From: Octopus sinensis
Lineage: Eukaryota
DNA: 64,000 nt
Assembly: GCF_006345805.1 (NCBI RefSeq)
Contig: NC_043010.1
Span: 63,116,001 to 63,180,000 of the forward strand
Reading direction: 5' to 3'
Numbering within the stretch: position 1 is the stretch's first letter; every line of letters begins with the position of its first letter. Shown here one piece after another: positions 38,235 to 51,451 of this stretch. The notes under the pieces were generated by a model, which saw only the letters and a list, made by a program, of their open reading frames with translations, was not told the DNA's origin and made no database searches. Both the position numbers and the translations under genes were made by a program.

Positions 38235-39480
38235 AATAGACAAACAGACTTCTGTTCACCTTCTAGATGTTTGGTTTTTATGACTCCCAGTACATGTCCT
38301 CAGAATGACACCAAAACACACTGAAATGTTTGTATTGGAGCTACAGGCATGAATGCCAAATTTCTGGCAGAGTAAATTGTGTCATGGTACTGTTTTTCTT
38401 ACAGACGGTGCCCAACTGACCCTACCTTGATGCATCACTACAATTTCATCTCTCTTTTTAGCTCCATCCCACATACTCTTCTACAATGTGAATAGCTATG
38501 TAGCTTCTCTGCTGTAAGAAAGCTTTTCTGTTGTGGCCCCTTCTTTCATACTTTAGCCCTTCACCTCCTTTCTCTCCTGTTGCTCTACCAAGTGAAGGGA
38601 ATCTTAGATTTGCAAGCTGCATGACAATTTCCCCAGTGCTGGTGCCATGAAAAATAAAAAAACACCCATTGCACATGACAAAATGGTTGGCATTAGGACA
38701 GAGAACCAGCCCTAGAAACCATGCCAAAGCAGAGACTGGAGCATGATGTAGTTCTTGTACCTGTTGGATCCTGTCAAAACATCCACCCCATGCAAGTATG
38801 GAAGATGGGCAGTAAAAGATGATGATAATTTCATTATAGCTATAGATATGCCTCACTGAGGCAAAGTGGCTGAGTTCCTTTCAAGTGTTGGGCTTCATGG
38901 AGGCAACCAAGACCTTTGGCATTATGTCATACTTGAGAAGAAGACCCATCAAACCAAGCAAAATCACAGTTGTGGCAGATACCAGTGTCATGCAAAAAAC
39001 ACTCCGGTGTCATGCAAATGGTACCTGTTCTGGTGGCACATAAAAGTACCCATCACATTCTCAGAGTGGTTGGCATTAAGAAGGGCATCCAGCCATAGAA
39101 AGCCATGCCAAATCAGATTGGAGTCTGGTGCAGCCTTCCACTGTGCCAGCTTCCCAGTCTAACCGTCCAATCCATTCCAACATGGACAATGGACGTTAAA
39201 TGATGATGATATACACACACACATATATATATATACAGAGAGAGAGGGGGGGGCATACACATAAAGATAGACAGATAAATAGATAGATAGGATGTACAGA
39301 GATAACACACACAGGTGCAGGCATGGGTGTGTGTGGTTGAGAAACCAGCTTTACAACTATGTTTTTGGGTTCAATCCCACTACATGGCACCTTGCCCAAT
39401 GCTTCAGACTGACAATGTCATGTGACCAACGAATGTGACTGAAATAGAAACTGTAAGAAGCCCATCATGTATCTATCTAT

Positions 39481-40029
39481 CTGTGGTTCTCAACCACAGA
39501 CCATGTGACCCTTGGAGGGTCCACATAAAACTTATGTGCAATAAATTGTTTAAACTTCAACAATTCACAAAACACTTTAACTGGTTTTCATAGAATTCCG
39601 TTTGAGTGTTGGGCCTCACAGAAGCGGTGACAGGTGAGCAAAACCTTTGACAATATATCCTGCTTGTGTAGACCTGTCAAACCAAGTGAGATCGTAGTCA
39701 TAGCCAATGCTGGTGTCATATCAATGGCACATAAAAGGCACCTCCTACACTCTTGGAGTGGTTGGTGTTAGGAAGGGCATCCAGCCATAGATACCTACCC
39801 AGATCAGATCGGAACCTGGTGCAGCTCCCTGGCTAACCAGTTTTCAGTCAAACCGTCCAACCCGTGCCAGCATGGAAAGCAGACGTTAAACGATGATGAT
39901 CATGATGATGATTTAATTATAAAAACATGATAGGATTTTTTTTTTGAACATGGAATGGCTGTGAGGGTCCACCCCAGTCTACTAGGAATCAAAAGGATCC
40001 ATCGGTAAAAAATGGTTGAGAATTTACTG
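39481..40029. mobile_element. hAT-type MITE interrupted by a SINE-C copy
   Basis: ctgtggttctcaacc ... ggttgagaatttactg termini; internal SINE-C at about 39580-39911. Confidence 0.65.
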
Positions 40030-41061
40030 ATTTAATGCCTGCATCCCATGCTAGCGTCGGTTGGACGGTTCGACAAATCTGATGAGTTGAAGAACTGTAT
40101 TAAGATCCAAACTCTGCTTCGGTGTAGTCTGTGCAGTTGGAGGCCCTTTCTAACACCAAACACACTTTACAGAGTGCATTGGTTTTTTGTGTTTGTGGAA
40201 TTGGCACTAGTTTGGTCACCCAAGTAAAATTGCAAGACGAAACCCTTCAACTGAAGGATGGGCTGGGTTTTGTGCTAGATGTTGAGAGGCTGAAGTATGA
40301 TGGGGGAACAGGATTGAGTGTCTTGCTGTAGAGGAGATATGTTTTACTTGTTCCAGCCATTAGACTGTGGCCATGCTGGAGCATTGCCTTCCAGAATATT
40401 TTAGTCGAATGAAATGACCCCAGTACTTTTTTCTTAGGCCTGGTGCTTATTCTATTGGTCTCTTTTGCTGAACTGCTAAGTTTTGGGGACATAAACACAT
40501 GAAAACACCAATTGTCAAGCAGTGATGGAGGGCAAACACAGACAAAAACAAACAAACACACACATGACAGGCTTCTTTTCAGTTTCCATCGACAAGGCTT
40601 TGGTCGGCCTGGGGCTATAAGAGAAGACACTTGCCTAATGTGTGACACTCGGAACCATGTGGTTGGGAAGCAAGCTTCTCACCACAGAGCCATGACTCTC
40701 TCTCATTCATTTTACATGCTATCCTTTTCCATGCCAACATGGGTTAGAGGAATACTCCTTGTTTTAGTATTTTACAGCTGAATGCCCTTCCTATCATTGC
40801 TAAATATCAAAAATCCCAGTTTGCAATTTTGAAATCTGGTTGCTTAACCATTTTGATACAAATGTCTTCTTTTCAAAAGTTATGCATTAAAATCTTCCAC
40901 CAAACCTTAGTCACAATTTATGTTTCTAACACTAGCTGAATGATAACTAAATTATTTTACTAAATTCTTTGTTATATTTAAAATTAATTGAAAGAAACAC
41001 AGAGCATCTCAACAGAAATATGGTAAGAAAAGGGTTAAAATATATAATAGAGAAACAATTC

Positions 41062-41291
41062 TTAATCCTTTTGTTACCAACCTGGCTGAAACTACCTCTG
41101 GCTCTGTAGTACAAATGTCTTGTTTTCATAAGTTTTGAATTAAAATCTTCCACCAAACCTTAGTCACAATTTATGTTCCTAACACTAGCTTAATGATAAC
41201 CAAGTTATTTTACTAAATTCTTTGTTATATTTAAAATTAATTGAAAGAAACACAGAGCATCTCAACAGAAATATGGTAAGAAAAGGGTTAA
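41062..41291. mobile_element. piggyBac-like MITE (TTAA-flanked)
   Basis: ttaa-tccttttg...aaaagggttaa ends; a partial tandem copy lies at about 40845-41038. Confidence 0.75.
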
Positions 41292-42915
41292 ACAATTCCA
41301 CTACATCTGTTCTAACTCAGTTAGTGATGAGTTTTTATAAACCCTGAAGTCATTGAGACAACTTGTTCAGACCTGATTTCTTCCTATTGAACTTTGTACC
41401 TGTAGATCGGCTGTATTGTTGGTATTTTACTGTCAGACATGTTTCTTAACCCTTTCTGTTAACATATTTAGATCACTTTAACCTTTTTGTTACCATAGGC
41501 GGCAAGCTGGCAGAAATACTAGCATGCTGGGTGAAATGCTTAGCAGTATTTCATCTGTCTTTAGACTCTGAGTTCAAATTCCAGCGAGGTCAACTTTGCC
41601 TTTCATCCTTTATAAGCATAGGAGTGGTAGGAGTGGGTGGTGTGGTAAATAGCTTGCTTACCAACCACATGGTTCCAGGTTCAGTCCCATTGCATGGTAT
41701 CTTGGGCAAGTGTATTCTGCTATAGCCTTAAATCAACCAAAGCCTTGCAAAGAGATTTGGTAGACAGAAACTGAAAAGAAGCCCATTGTATATAAATGTC
41801 TGTCTGTCTGTCCACCACCACCACTTGATAACTGGTGTTGGTGTGTTTGCATCCCCATAACTTAGCAGTCCAGCAATAGAGACCAATAGAATAAGCTCCA
41901 GGCTTAAAAAAAAAGTACTGGGATCTTCACATTCAACTGAAAATTCTTCCATGTGGTGCTCCAGTATGGCCACAGTTTAATGACTGAAACAAGTGAAAGC
42001 TAAAAGACACAGATGCGTTCAGCCCAAGCAGGCAGGGAACGTGGCTGTCAAATGATGATGATGACAAAGTGTGTGTGTATGTGTGTGTGCTGTAGCAACT
42101 TTAGTGTAGAAAAAACAACAAAGACATCATTAATGATATTTAAATCAATTCGTTTGTCATTCGTTAAGTACATCTGACTAATATATTTCAATAATTGCTG
42201 CCTGAACGGTGCAGCAGCTGCCATAATAACCCTTGGACAAAGAATTTTTCTAAGCTGGACCTTCTAACTTCCTTTGGCTCAGTTCAATCTGTCCATTGCT
42301 TTTATCTTTTACTCGCTGCAGCCATTGGACTGTGGCCATGCTGGGGCACTGTCTTCAAGGGTCTAGTCAAACAAATCAACCCCAGTACTTATTTTAAGCC
42401 TGATATTTATTCTATCAGTTTCATTTGCTAAGCCGCTAAGTTAAAGGGATATAAACAAACCAACATTGGATGTCAAGCAGGAGTTGGGGACAGACACAAA
42501 GACATACAGACATCTGACTTCCACACACTTTACATCTCCCAAACAGGCTCACAAGGCATTGATTGGCCCAGGGCTATAACAGAAATCACTTGCTCCAGCA
42601 CAGTAGGGCTGAACCCGAAGCCATGTGATCGCAAAGCAAGCTTCATAACCACACAGCCATGTCTGTGCCACACCTACTTTTAAGGAAAAAAAGAAAATTA
42701 GTAAATTCTCAAAAATAATATTCAAACGTAAATCTGAGCTCTACTGGCCATTCTATAAGCCTAAAGAATGTCTTTGGTACACCCATAAATTGTCTAAACA
42801 CCTTAAGTCCATTATAAGTAGTTTGATGAATAATATTTTGACTTGAATTTCAAAGCTATCAACTAACAAGCCAATGGTAAGAAATGGTTTAAAATATATA
42901 ATAGAGAAACAATTC

Positions 42916-43145
42916 TTAACCCTTTTGTTACCAACCTGGCTGAAACTACCTCTGGCTCTGTAGTACAAATGTCTTGTTTTGAAAAGTTCTGAATTAAAAA
43001 CTTCCATCAAACTTTAGTCACAATTCATATTCCTAACACTAGCTGAATGATAACTAAGTTATTTTACTAAATTCTTTGTTATATTTAAAATTAGTCGGAA
43101 GAAACACAGAGCATCTCAACAGAAGTATGGTAACAAATGGGTTAA
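42916..43145. mobile_element. piggyBac-like MITE copy within a complex local duplication
   Basis: It has the same spacer (aatatataatagagaaacaattc) as the 41-kb copies and is flanked by the 173-bp direct repeats 42703-42875 / 43220-43392. Confidence 0.75.
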
Positions 43146-43511
43146 AATATATAATAGAGAAACAATTCTTAACCCTTTTGATACCAACCTGGCTGAAACC
43201 GCCTCTGGCTCTGTAATACAAATTCTCAAAGATGATATTCAAACTTAAATCTGAGCTCTACTGGCCATTCTATAAGCCTAATGAATGTCTTTGGTACATC
43301 CATAAATTGTCTAAACACCTTAAGTCCATTATAAGTAGTTTGATGAATAATATTTTGACTTGAATTTCAAAGCTATCAACTAACAAGCCAATATCTTTAA
43401 CTCTTTGGTATTTAAACTGACCATATCTGGCCAAATTATTCTCCCTATTTTATGTTCAAACTGTCCAGATCTGACCTCTCCCATCTACCCTATAATGTCA
43501 TTCTAAAAGTA

Positions 43512-43873
43512 AGCAAGAGCACTCAGAGAGCGCAAACCTCCGCCAAGGCAACACCAACATCCTCTCAACGATTAGCCAGAGATGGTTTTTAAAATGGGAA
43601 TATCTGAAATAAACTCAACCGCTCTTACAAATGAGAATACTAAACAGTAACCCGACCGCTCTCAAAAATTAAGTAAAAAAATCAGAAAAATAATCCAGAA
43701 TCCTTGTCCGGTACTGGATCGATCCCAAAATCTGATCAGCTCGTGCCAGTCACGAGACCAAACATCCCTGAAAGTTTCATTCAAATCCATCCAACGGTTC
43801 TTGAGATATCTTGTCCACAGACAAACAAACACAACTGAAAACAATACCCCTGCCTTCACGAAGTCAGAGGTAA
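43512..43873. mobile_element. Non-autonomous Helentron-type element (DINE-1/HINE-like)
   Basis: acctccgccaaggc near one end; acagacaaacaaacac followed by the GC-rich terminus ccctgccttcacgaagtcagaggtaa at the other. This is the usual HINE layout. It is nested in a second TTAA-flanked MITE (about 43396-43975). Confidence 0.6.
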
Positions 43874-44602
43874 GAATCACATTATCAAAATCTCAAAGTG
43901 ACAAGATAATGCTTAATTAGTTTGAATTAATAAGTATTTCATTTGATAGAATAAGCTGAACACTGAGGGATTAATGATATTATAACAAGGCCTTGGCTAG
44001 GAGTGGTTACAGTGGGAATACAGAGCATTTTAAGAACACTCCTTTAAAACATATCATTAAGCATAGAAGGAATAATAAATGAATGAGTTAGAATCAGTAC
44101 AAGGACATTGCATTTGGTGTCAGCGAATGTGCTTACAAAATAAATTCCTCCAATGACTTGTCCACGTGAGCCACAGACAGAAAAACATCATCATCATCAT
44201 CATCATCAACAGCATTTAATGTCCACCTTTCCATACTTGCATGGCCATGGGAAATATTACTTTGCAAGTAACAAACTCACTTGGATAATGATGATGATGA
44301 TGATGATGATGCACATTTACAACCATCACATGTCAAACAAGAGTGCAAACAAACATACACACATATACATACATATATACATTTTTTTTATATATATATA
44401 ATTAATGACAATATGTATTTGAATCAAGTCTTCGATTTAAGGTTTGTCCTCGATTTTTATAATTTATATAGAACTCATTTATTTTGTTTATTTTGTTTAT
44501 CGCTTGCCTAAGACCGTTATTTGAAAGGACCAATGAAACAAATCCATTTTTAAAGGTGCATCTTTTAGCTAGTTTTGATCAAATTGTTATTTCGGTTCTA
44601 TT

Positions 44603-44658
44603 TTAACAAAACTGTCTGACGAATGGGAACGTGAAACTCTGAGTAACAACTTTTGTTA
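44603..44658 (+). ncRNA. Minimal type I hammerhead-ribozyme-like motif in a Penelope-like 3' tail
   Basis: taacaaaactgt-CTGACGA-atgggaacgt-GAAA-ctctgag-TA-acaacttttgtta. Helix I arms are near-complementary, helix III is the palindrome ACTC-T-GAGT and the cleavage triplet is GUA. AATAAA and (TA)n follow. Confidence 0.65.
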
Positions 44659-44681
44659 TATTTCTGCTGCTTTTAAATAAA

Positions 44682-44713
<32 letters not shown>

Positions 44714-44718
<5 letters not shown>

Positions 44719-44850
44719 TAATCCAAACATGAAAACACAACAACACGAGGACGTGGAACAAATATAGTATTATTGGATGCTCAGGAAGGAAGGGAAGAAG
44801 GGAAGAAGGAGGGTTTTATGTTTCGAGCGGAGCTCTTCGTCAGAAACACA
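44714..44850 (-). mobile_element. Penelope-like pLTR fragment with a hammerhead-like core
   Basis: The minus strand reads ttt-CTGACGA-a-gagc-tcc-gctc-GAAA-cat-a-aaa. The tail abuts the same (TA)n as the 44.6-kb element. Confidence 0.6.
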
Positions 44851-45334
44851 GGAAAAGGAAAGATCCAGAGAAGGGAAGACGGGGGAAAAAAATCGCCAAC
44901 GGTACACACGTGGTCATATATACATACACACACACGTGTATATGTCAGGATTCTTTCAGTTTCCGGCTATCAAAACACTCACAAATCTTTGGTTGGCCTG
45001 AGGTTTTAGTAGAAGAGACTTGCCCAAGCTGTCACACAGTGGGACTGAACACAACACCATATTGTTGGGGAGCAAGCTGCTTAACCATCCAGCCATGCCC
45101 GTGCCTAAAAGATACTTCTGTCCTTACAATGAATAAACCCACTGGCTTTGAAGAGTCTCTTTTGTCTGACAATCATGTGGTTCTACTACATTGGCAAAAA
45201 GAGTAAGGTTTAAACTAAATATTCCAATGTATATAGAATCTCAGCTGCCTCAGAAACTCAGAACAAAAAGACAGATGAAATGCTGCTTAGCATTTGGCCT
45301 GGTGTGCTAACAATTCTGCCAGTTTGCTGCCCCC

Positions 45335-45374
<40 letters not shown>

Positions 45375-45691
45375 CTCCTAATATAATAACAAGCATAGTG
45401 CTTTTGTGTGTGTGTTTGTTTGTCCAGATGGATGCAGAGGAGGAGAGAAAATACTAATTCAGTGAAGGAGAAGTAGTGAGAGTAATAGCCCTGACTGAGA
45501 GGGAATGAGAGAAAGTAATAGCAATAAGGAAGAAAAGGTTGAAAGAAAACTCAGCATTCCAACTCTGTGTGTGTATGTGTGTGTATGTACAAGGGAACTC
45601 TGTGAATGTTTGTATGTGTGATTACTATGCACCTTATTTATATATAAAATACTACAATTAGCCATCATTATTTACAGCACGTGGTCAGCTA

Positions 45692-45722
<31 letters not shown>

Positions 45723-45734
45723 GCAAATATTCTG

Positions 45735-46190
45735 CTCAATACTACAGATTTACTTGTCATTTGTTTGACCTTAACCAGTTGACCATGTCCCTTAGTGGCT
45801 GACGATATGTGCATCTCTGATCACGAGCAGAAGTAGTGGGGGAGCATCATAGCCGTGTGTTGAGAGGGATTCTTTGGGGTTTGAATAATTCACCTCTGGA
45901 AACATGGGTGTTTCGTTCAACATCCTTAAACAATCCTTATTCAGGGACCTTTTGAGCGGGAAGGGGCTACTTGACCAGAAGATAATTCTAACTGAGCCCC
46001 ACCTGCAATGTCACGCGCTGTTTATCTTGATATGAGATCACCATGTCACATACACATGGTTGTGATGCATGTGCCTTGTGTACCCTTATCAGACGGGTAG
46101 TCATGGTGGGTATACTGGGCTTTGTATATTTTACCCCAGTGTCACTTCAATGGCATGCACTGTTCTTTCACTCAATAATAATAATAGATT
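45735..46190. mobile_element. Interspersed repeat (SINE-like); provides the empty site for the hAT insertion at 51937
   Basis: catgtcccttagtggctgacgatatgtgc is uninterrupted here and split at 51936/52957. Confidence 0.7.
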
Positions 46191-46669
46191 TAAATTTTCT
46201 ATCTCATTAGTAGAATACATTTTTAACTTAAAATCCAAAAAAAGGGGGGGGGGGAACATTCAAACTGCATTGGTCTATTGTTAATTCCGCCTTTCCTTGC
46301 CAGGGAAAAGGTCACGAGTGTTGGCCATGTGTACATGAAACCCTTGCAATCCTTACGACTGATAGCAGATACCAAACTAACAAACGTAACGAACTGCTTA
46401 TAAACTGCCGACACCAATTAAAGTTGTTATTCTGAAACTACTTTACACAGAGTCGACGTTTATTCCTTTCACCGACCATAGATTTAAAACATGTTCTTAT
46501 ACGTTTTCCATCTGACTATATTTTATATTTGGAGAATACTTAGAAGCGTCCAATATTTAATTTAATATATTTTTCCGTTTATCTGTCTGTAGTTTTCCTC
46601 GTGTAATATTTAGCATGTGAGTCATGCCTACTAAGCTGCTGCCAAACATAAACATAAATATACAAATTT

Positions 46670-46737
46670 AGATATATATATATATATATGCATACATATA
46701 TACATATATGCATACACATATATATACATATATGCAT

Positions 46738-46778
<41 letters not shown>

Positions 46779-47083
46779 CATACATATATATACATATATA
46801 TACATATATGCATACACATATATATATACATACATATATGCATACACATATATATACATACATATATATATATATACATATATATATACATATACATATA
46901 TACATATACATATATATATGTGTATATATATATATATATACACATACATATATACATATATATATATATACATATACGTATATACATACATATATACATA
47001 AATACATACATACATATACATATATACATAAATACATACATATATATTATATATACATATATATTATATATACATACATATAT

Positions 47084-47115
<32 letters not shown>

Positions 47116-47160
47116 CATATATACACACACACACACACACATACATACATATATATATAA
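46670..47160. repeat. (TA)/(CATA) microsatellite complex
   Basis: Read directly; similar tracts at 36340-36846 and 48890-49330. Confidence 0.95.
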
Positions 47161-47662
47161 CTTCCTATCTGTTTATATTTATATTTATTCAGCTTATAAT
47201 TCTAGCATTCGCTTCTTCATGTCACAGTGAAATTCGTCGTCTTCAACATCCACCGACCCCTTCTACCTATTAGCAAAAAAAAAAAAGAAAAAAAGTTTTC
47301 AATAAAAAAAAAAAGAAGAATTTTCCATGATTTTGCAATCTATCGAAATATTTCTAAATTTAACCTTGATTATATACATTTAATCCTCATTTTGATTTCC
47401 ATTCTAACCATTCACGTATGTATTAACCCATCTTGATTACGGTTACTGCTTCTGTTCCATTTTGTTGTTATTCATCTTCCATTGTCCCATATTTTCCAAT
47501 ACATAATTAACATCATGTATTGTATATATTTATATGTCGGCATATCTTGGATTTTATCATTTATAATCTTCATCATTGCGGTTATTGTTACTTACATCAT
47601 CTCATCACTATTATTAGTACTATTGTTATTATACAGGCGCAGGAGTGGCTGTGTGGTAAGTA

Positions 47663-48071
47663 CTATATGGCTCAGAAACCTGGACGTTATCAAAGAAGCT
47701 TGAGAGGCGGTTGGATGGAACCTACACTCGCCTCCTTTCGGGAGCTCAAAATCTCTCGTGGAAGCGTCATCCAACCAAAATGCAAATATATGGGAAACTA
47801 CCACCTGTGTCATCTCTTGTGAAAGGCAGGAGAGTCCAGTTTGCTGGACATTGTTGTAGAGCTGAAAAAGAGGTAATTTCTACTCTTCTCCTCTGGAAGC
47901 CATCTACTCGCAATACCAGAGGATGCACACTCTCCTATCCTGATGTAATCTCCAGGGATACAGGCATCCAGCAACAGGACCTCCGTAATGCCATGATGGA
48001 CTGTGAAGTCTGGCGTAGCATGGTAAATTCCATTGTCTCGACCACAGTCGAACAATGATGATGATGAATGA
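47663..48071 (+). mobile_element. 5'-truncated RTE LINE with an 11-bp TSD, inserted in a SINE-B head
   Basis: Begins LYGSETWTLSKKLERRLDGTYTRLL (RTE LLYGSETW motif) and ends in (tga)n. TSD tgtggtaagta at 47652-47662 and 48072-48082. Confidence 0.9.
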
Positions 48072-48715
48072 TGTGGTAAGTAGCTTGCATGTTATTGACT
48101 ATTAAGTCCAATAATTGTAAGAACTGTAGTAAGATGTTCAATACCTCGTTGAGGTGAAAAATTGACAAGAGGTTGAAAAAGCCTCAATGTTATAAAGTGT
48201 AAGGGGCCCAGCGCCTCATTTGTAAATGGACTAGTGTAAATGGATTGTATACTCTCTTTTACTTGTTTCAGTCATTTGACTGCGGCCATGCTGGAGCACC
48301 ACCTTTAATCGAGCAATTCAACCCCAGGACTTATTCTTTTGTAAGCCCAGTACTTATTCTATCAGTCTCTTTTGCCGAACTGCCAAGTAACGGGGACATA
48401 AACACACCAGCATCGGTTGTCAAGCAATGCTAGGGGGACAAACACAGACACACACACACACACATATATATATCTATATTATATATATATATATATTATA
48501 TATATTTATTATATAGAAGGAGCTTCTACAGGACTAGAACTGTTTCATTCAAGAGAAATCTTCAGGAAGCTAGTTAACAAGAATTGTATTGGCATTTATA
48601 CATTTAGGCAGGTTTAAAGGGGTGTTGGTGGGGGACTTTTTGGGGGTAGGCATAGCGCAAAAAATCACTACTTGGGGGAGTGGTCAAGGAGTCAGTGTAA
48701 ATTAGATAGGAGAAT

Positions 48716-48767
<52 letters not shown>

Positions 48768-48797
48768 TAAAAAATAAAATAAAAAATAAAAATAAAA

Positions 48798-48847
<50 letters not shown>

Positions 48848-49588
48848 GGGGGAATAGAGTTTTAGGTAAATAAGGAGATTCTCACTTATACTCTACACAT
48901 ACACACATATATACACTCACACATACATATACATATCTACACATACACATATATATATGTATACATACACACACTCACTTGTATGCACGTATACACACAT
49001 GTATATATACACACACGACCACACATACATATACACACAGAAAAATATATATATACACATACACACACATACTCACATACACGCATACACACACAAATCC
49101 ATACACACACATGCACACACAGCACACTAGTCCCTATATACACATATATACACATACACACATATATATACACCCACACATACACATACATACACATATA
49201 TATACATACATACACATACATATACACATATATATACATACACATATATATATATATATATACACATATATATACATATGTGTACCCATGCATACCTACA
49301 CATACACACATATATATATACATATACAAATACAGACCCATTCCCTAATTTTAATTTATTATCTTCGTTTATTACTTTTGTTATTTTGGCCGCTTGGTCA
49401 CAAACATCTTGGCTATGACAGCCAGACCATTTATCCGGCTACTGGAAAACAATTACTCATTCACTCACGCACACTCTTTAGCACGTACACTCACTCATTC
49501 GTACACTCATACGCATACACGCACGCACGCGTTATATTCATACATACATACATCTACATACATTCACGTATATACACATACGTACGCG

Positions 49589-49709
49589 CGTACCTACAGA
49601 TTCAAGTCTACACTCTTAGAAGGCTAGTCTATACATATACACAATAAATATAAATACACACACATACATGTACACCTACATACAAATACATACATGTACA
49701 TATATATAT

Positions 49710-49747
<38 letters not shown>

Positions 49748-49864
49748 GTACCTACAGATCATGTCTACACTCTTAGAAGGCTAGTCTATACATATACACA
49801 ATAAATATAATACACACACATACATGTACACCTACATACAAATACATACATGTACATATATATA
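49589..49864. repeat. Tandem duplication, ~158-bp period
   Basis: cgtacctacagat..gtctacactcttagaaggctagtctatac.. starts at 49589 and 49747. Confidence 0.85.
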
Positions 49865-49874
49865 TGGTCTCAAC

Positions 49875-50168
49875 TCCCCCCCCTCCTATCTAACCCCCTC
49901 TCCCCCCTCCTCACCTATCCTTTCTCCTCCCGACCCCTACTTCTTCAGTCCTTCATCCCTTCACACCTACTCCCCCTCCCTTCTTCTCTTTCTCCTCCCT
50001 CTTCCCCTTCCCTCTGCTCCCTCACTCCCTCTCTCCCTTCTCTCTCTCCCCTCTCCCTCTTTCCTCCTTCATTCCCCTCCTCACCTTCCTTCTCCCCCAT
50101 CGTCTCCTCTTCCCCTTCTCCTCCCCCTCTCCTTCCCCTCCCCTTCTCCCCCCCTCCCCCTCTTCTCC
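49875..50168. repeat. ~290-bp polypyrimidine (C/T) tract
   Basis: Almost purely C/T with many C3-C6 runs. Confidence 0.9.
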
Positions 50169-50710
50169 TCACTACACCACATGACTTACACATCACATCA
50201 CATATGATGTGCCATACTAATCACACACACAACTAATACATACTAATACGTACTAATACATACTAGTACATACTAATACTTACACAACCCTATACATACA
50301 CACGTCCAACCCCGCATACGCACTTATACTCTCTCACACACACACAACACACACCTATACATACCAATACGTACTAATACATACTAATACATACACCACC
50401 CCATACATACGCACGTCCAGACCAATCTTACGCACTAATACTCTCTCATACACACACCACACACACACACCCTTATACATACTAATACATACACCAACCC
50501 TATACATACACACATCCAGACCCCTCCCACGCACTTTTAGCTGGTCCCTCAACCCTTTTATCAACCCTATTATCTCCCCTTATTTCGCTCTCGCGTCTCA
50601 TGTTTGATCTTTGACCTCTGGCCGAAATCAGATCGCTATGTTGATTCGTTAGCTACTGCACGCATTTTTTTTTCTTCTTCCTTCTTTCTGTGTTTTTCTC
50701 TCTCTGTGTA

Positions 50711-50835
50711 TCTTTCTGTTGAAGAGCGTAGGCTCGAAACGTTAAAGACTTGTTTTATTTATATTTCCTGAGCGCCATACTAATACATTGTTCGTTTGTT
50801 TTCCACTGCCTTCGTCTTTTGTTTTTATTTCATAA
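50711..50835 (+). mobile_element. Penelope-like tail with a variant hammerhead core (CTGTTGA)
   Basis: tcttt-CTGTTGA-a-gagc-gtag-gctc-GAAA-cgt-t-aaaga; sister copy at 63298-63430. Confidence 0.6.
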
Positions 50836-51420
50836 AGCTTCCCGTTATATATATATATATATATACATATATACGACGGGCTTCTTTTAGTTTCCGTCTA
50901 CCAAATCCACTCACAAGGCTTTGGTCGGCCCAAGGCTATAGTAGAAGACACTTGCCCAAGGTGCCACGCAGTGGGACTGAACCCGGAACTATGTGGTCGG
51001 TAAACAAGCTACTTACCACACAGCCACTCCTGCGCCTGTATATTGAATATTTTTTGCATGTTAATATTTGCAATGGACTATTAAGTCCAAAAACTGTAAA
51101 AACTGTTGTGAGAGGTTCAATACCTCGCTTTGTTTAATCTGTTTAAAAAAAAAAACAATGTTTTAGAGAAGAAGAAAATCGGCGAGCGTTTTTGCCTTCT
51201 CTCATCAATATCATCCTTATTTCATCATTCACCTCATCAATGTATATGTCCAGCCTGCAGCTACTCTTTGTAATGCCTTTATGGCAAATCTTAATGAAAT
51301 AAAGTAGCTTGCTTCCCAACCACGTCTTTTGCTATAGCCTCAGGCCAACCAAAGCCTTGTGAGTAGATTTGATAGACGGAAACTGAAAGAAGCCCATCGT
51401 ATAAATATATATATATATAT

Positions 51421-51451
<31 letters not shown>

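Noticed and set aside
46270-46560. Promoter or first exon of the zinc-finger gene
   Set aside because: The DNA is CpG-containing and unique, but has only a weak donor and nothing to distinguish it from other candidates (47.2 and 50.6 kb).
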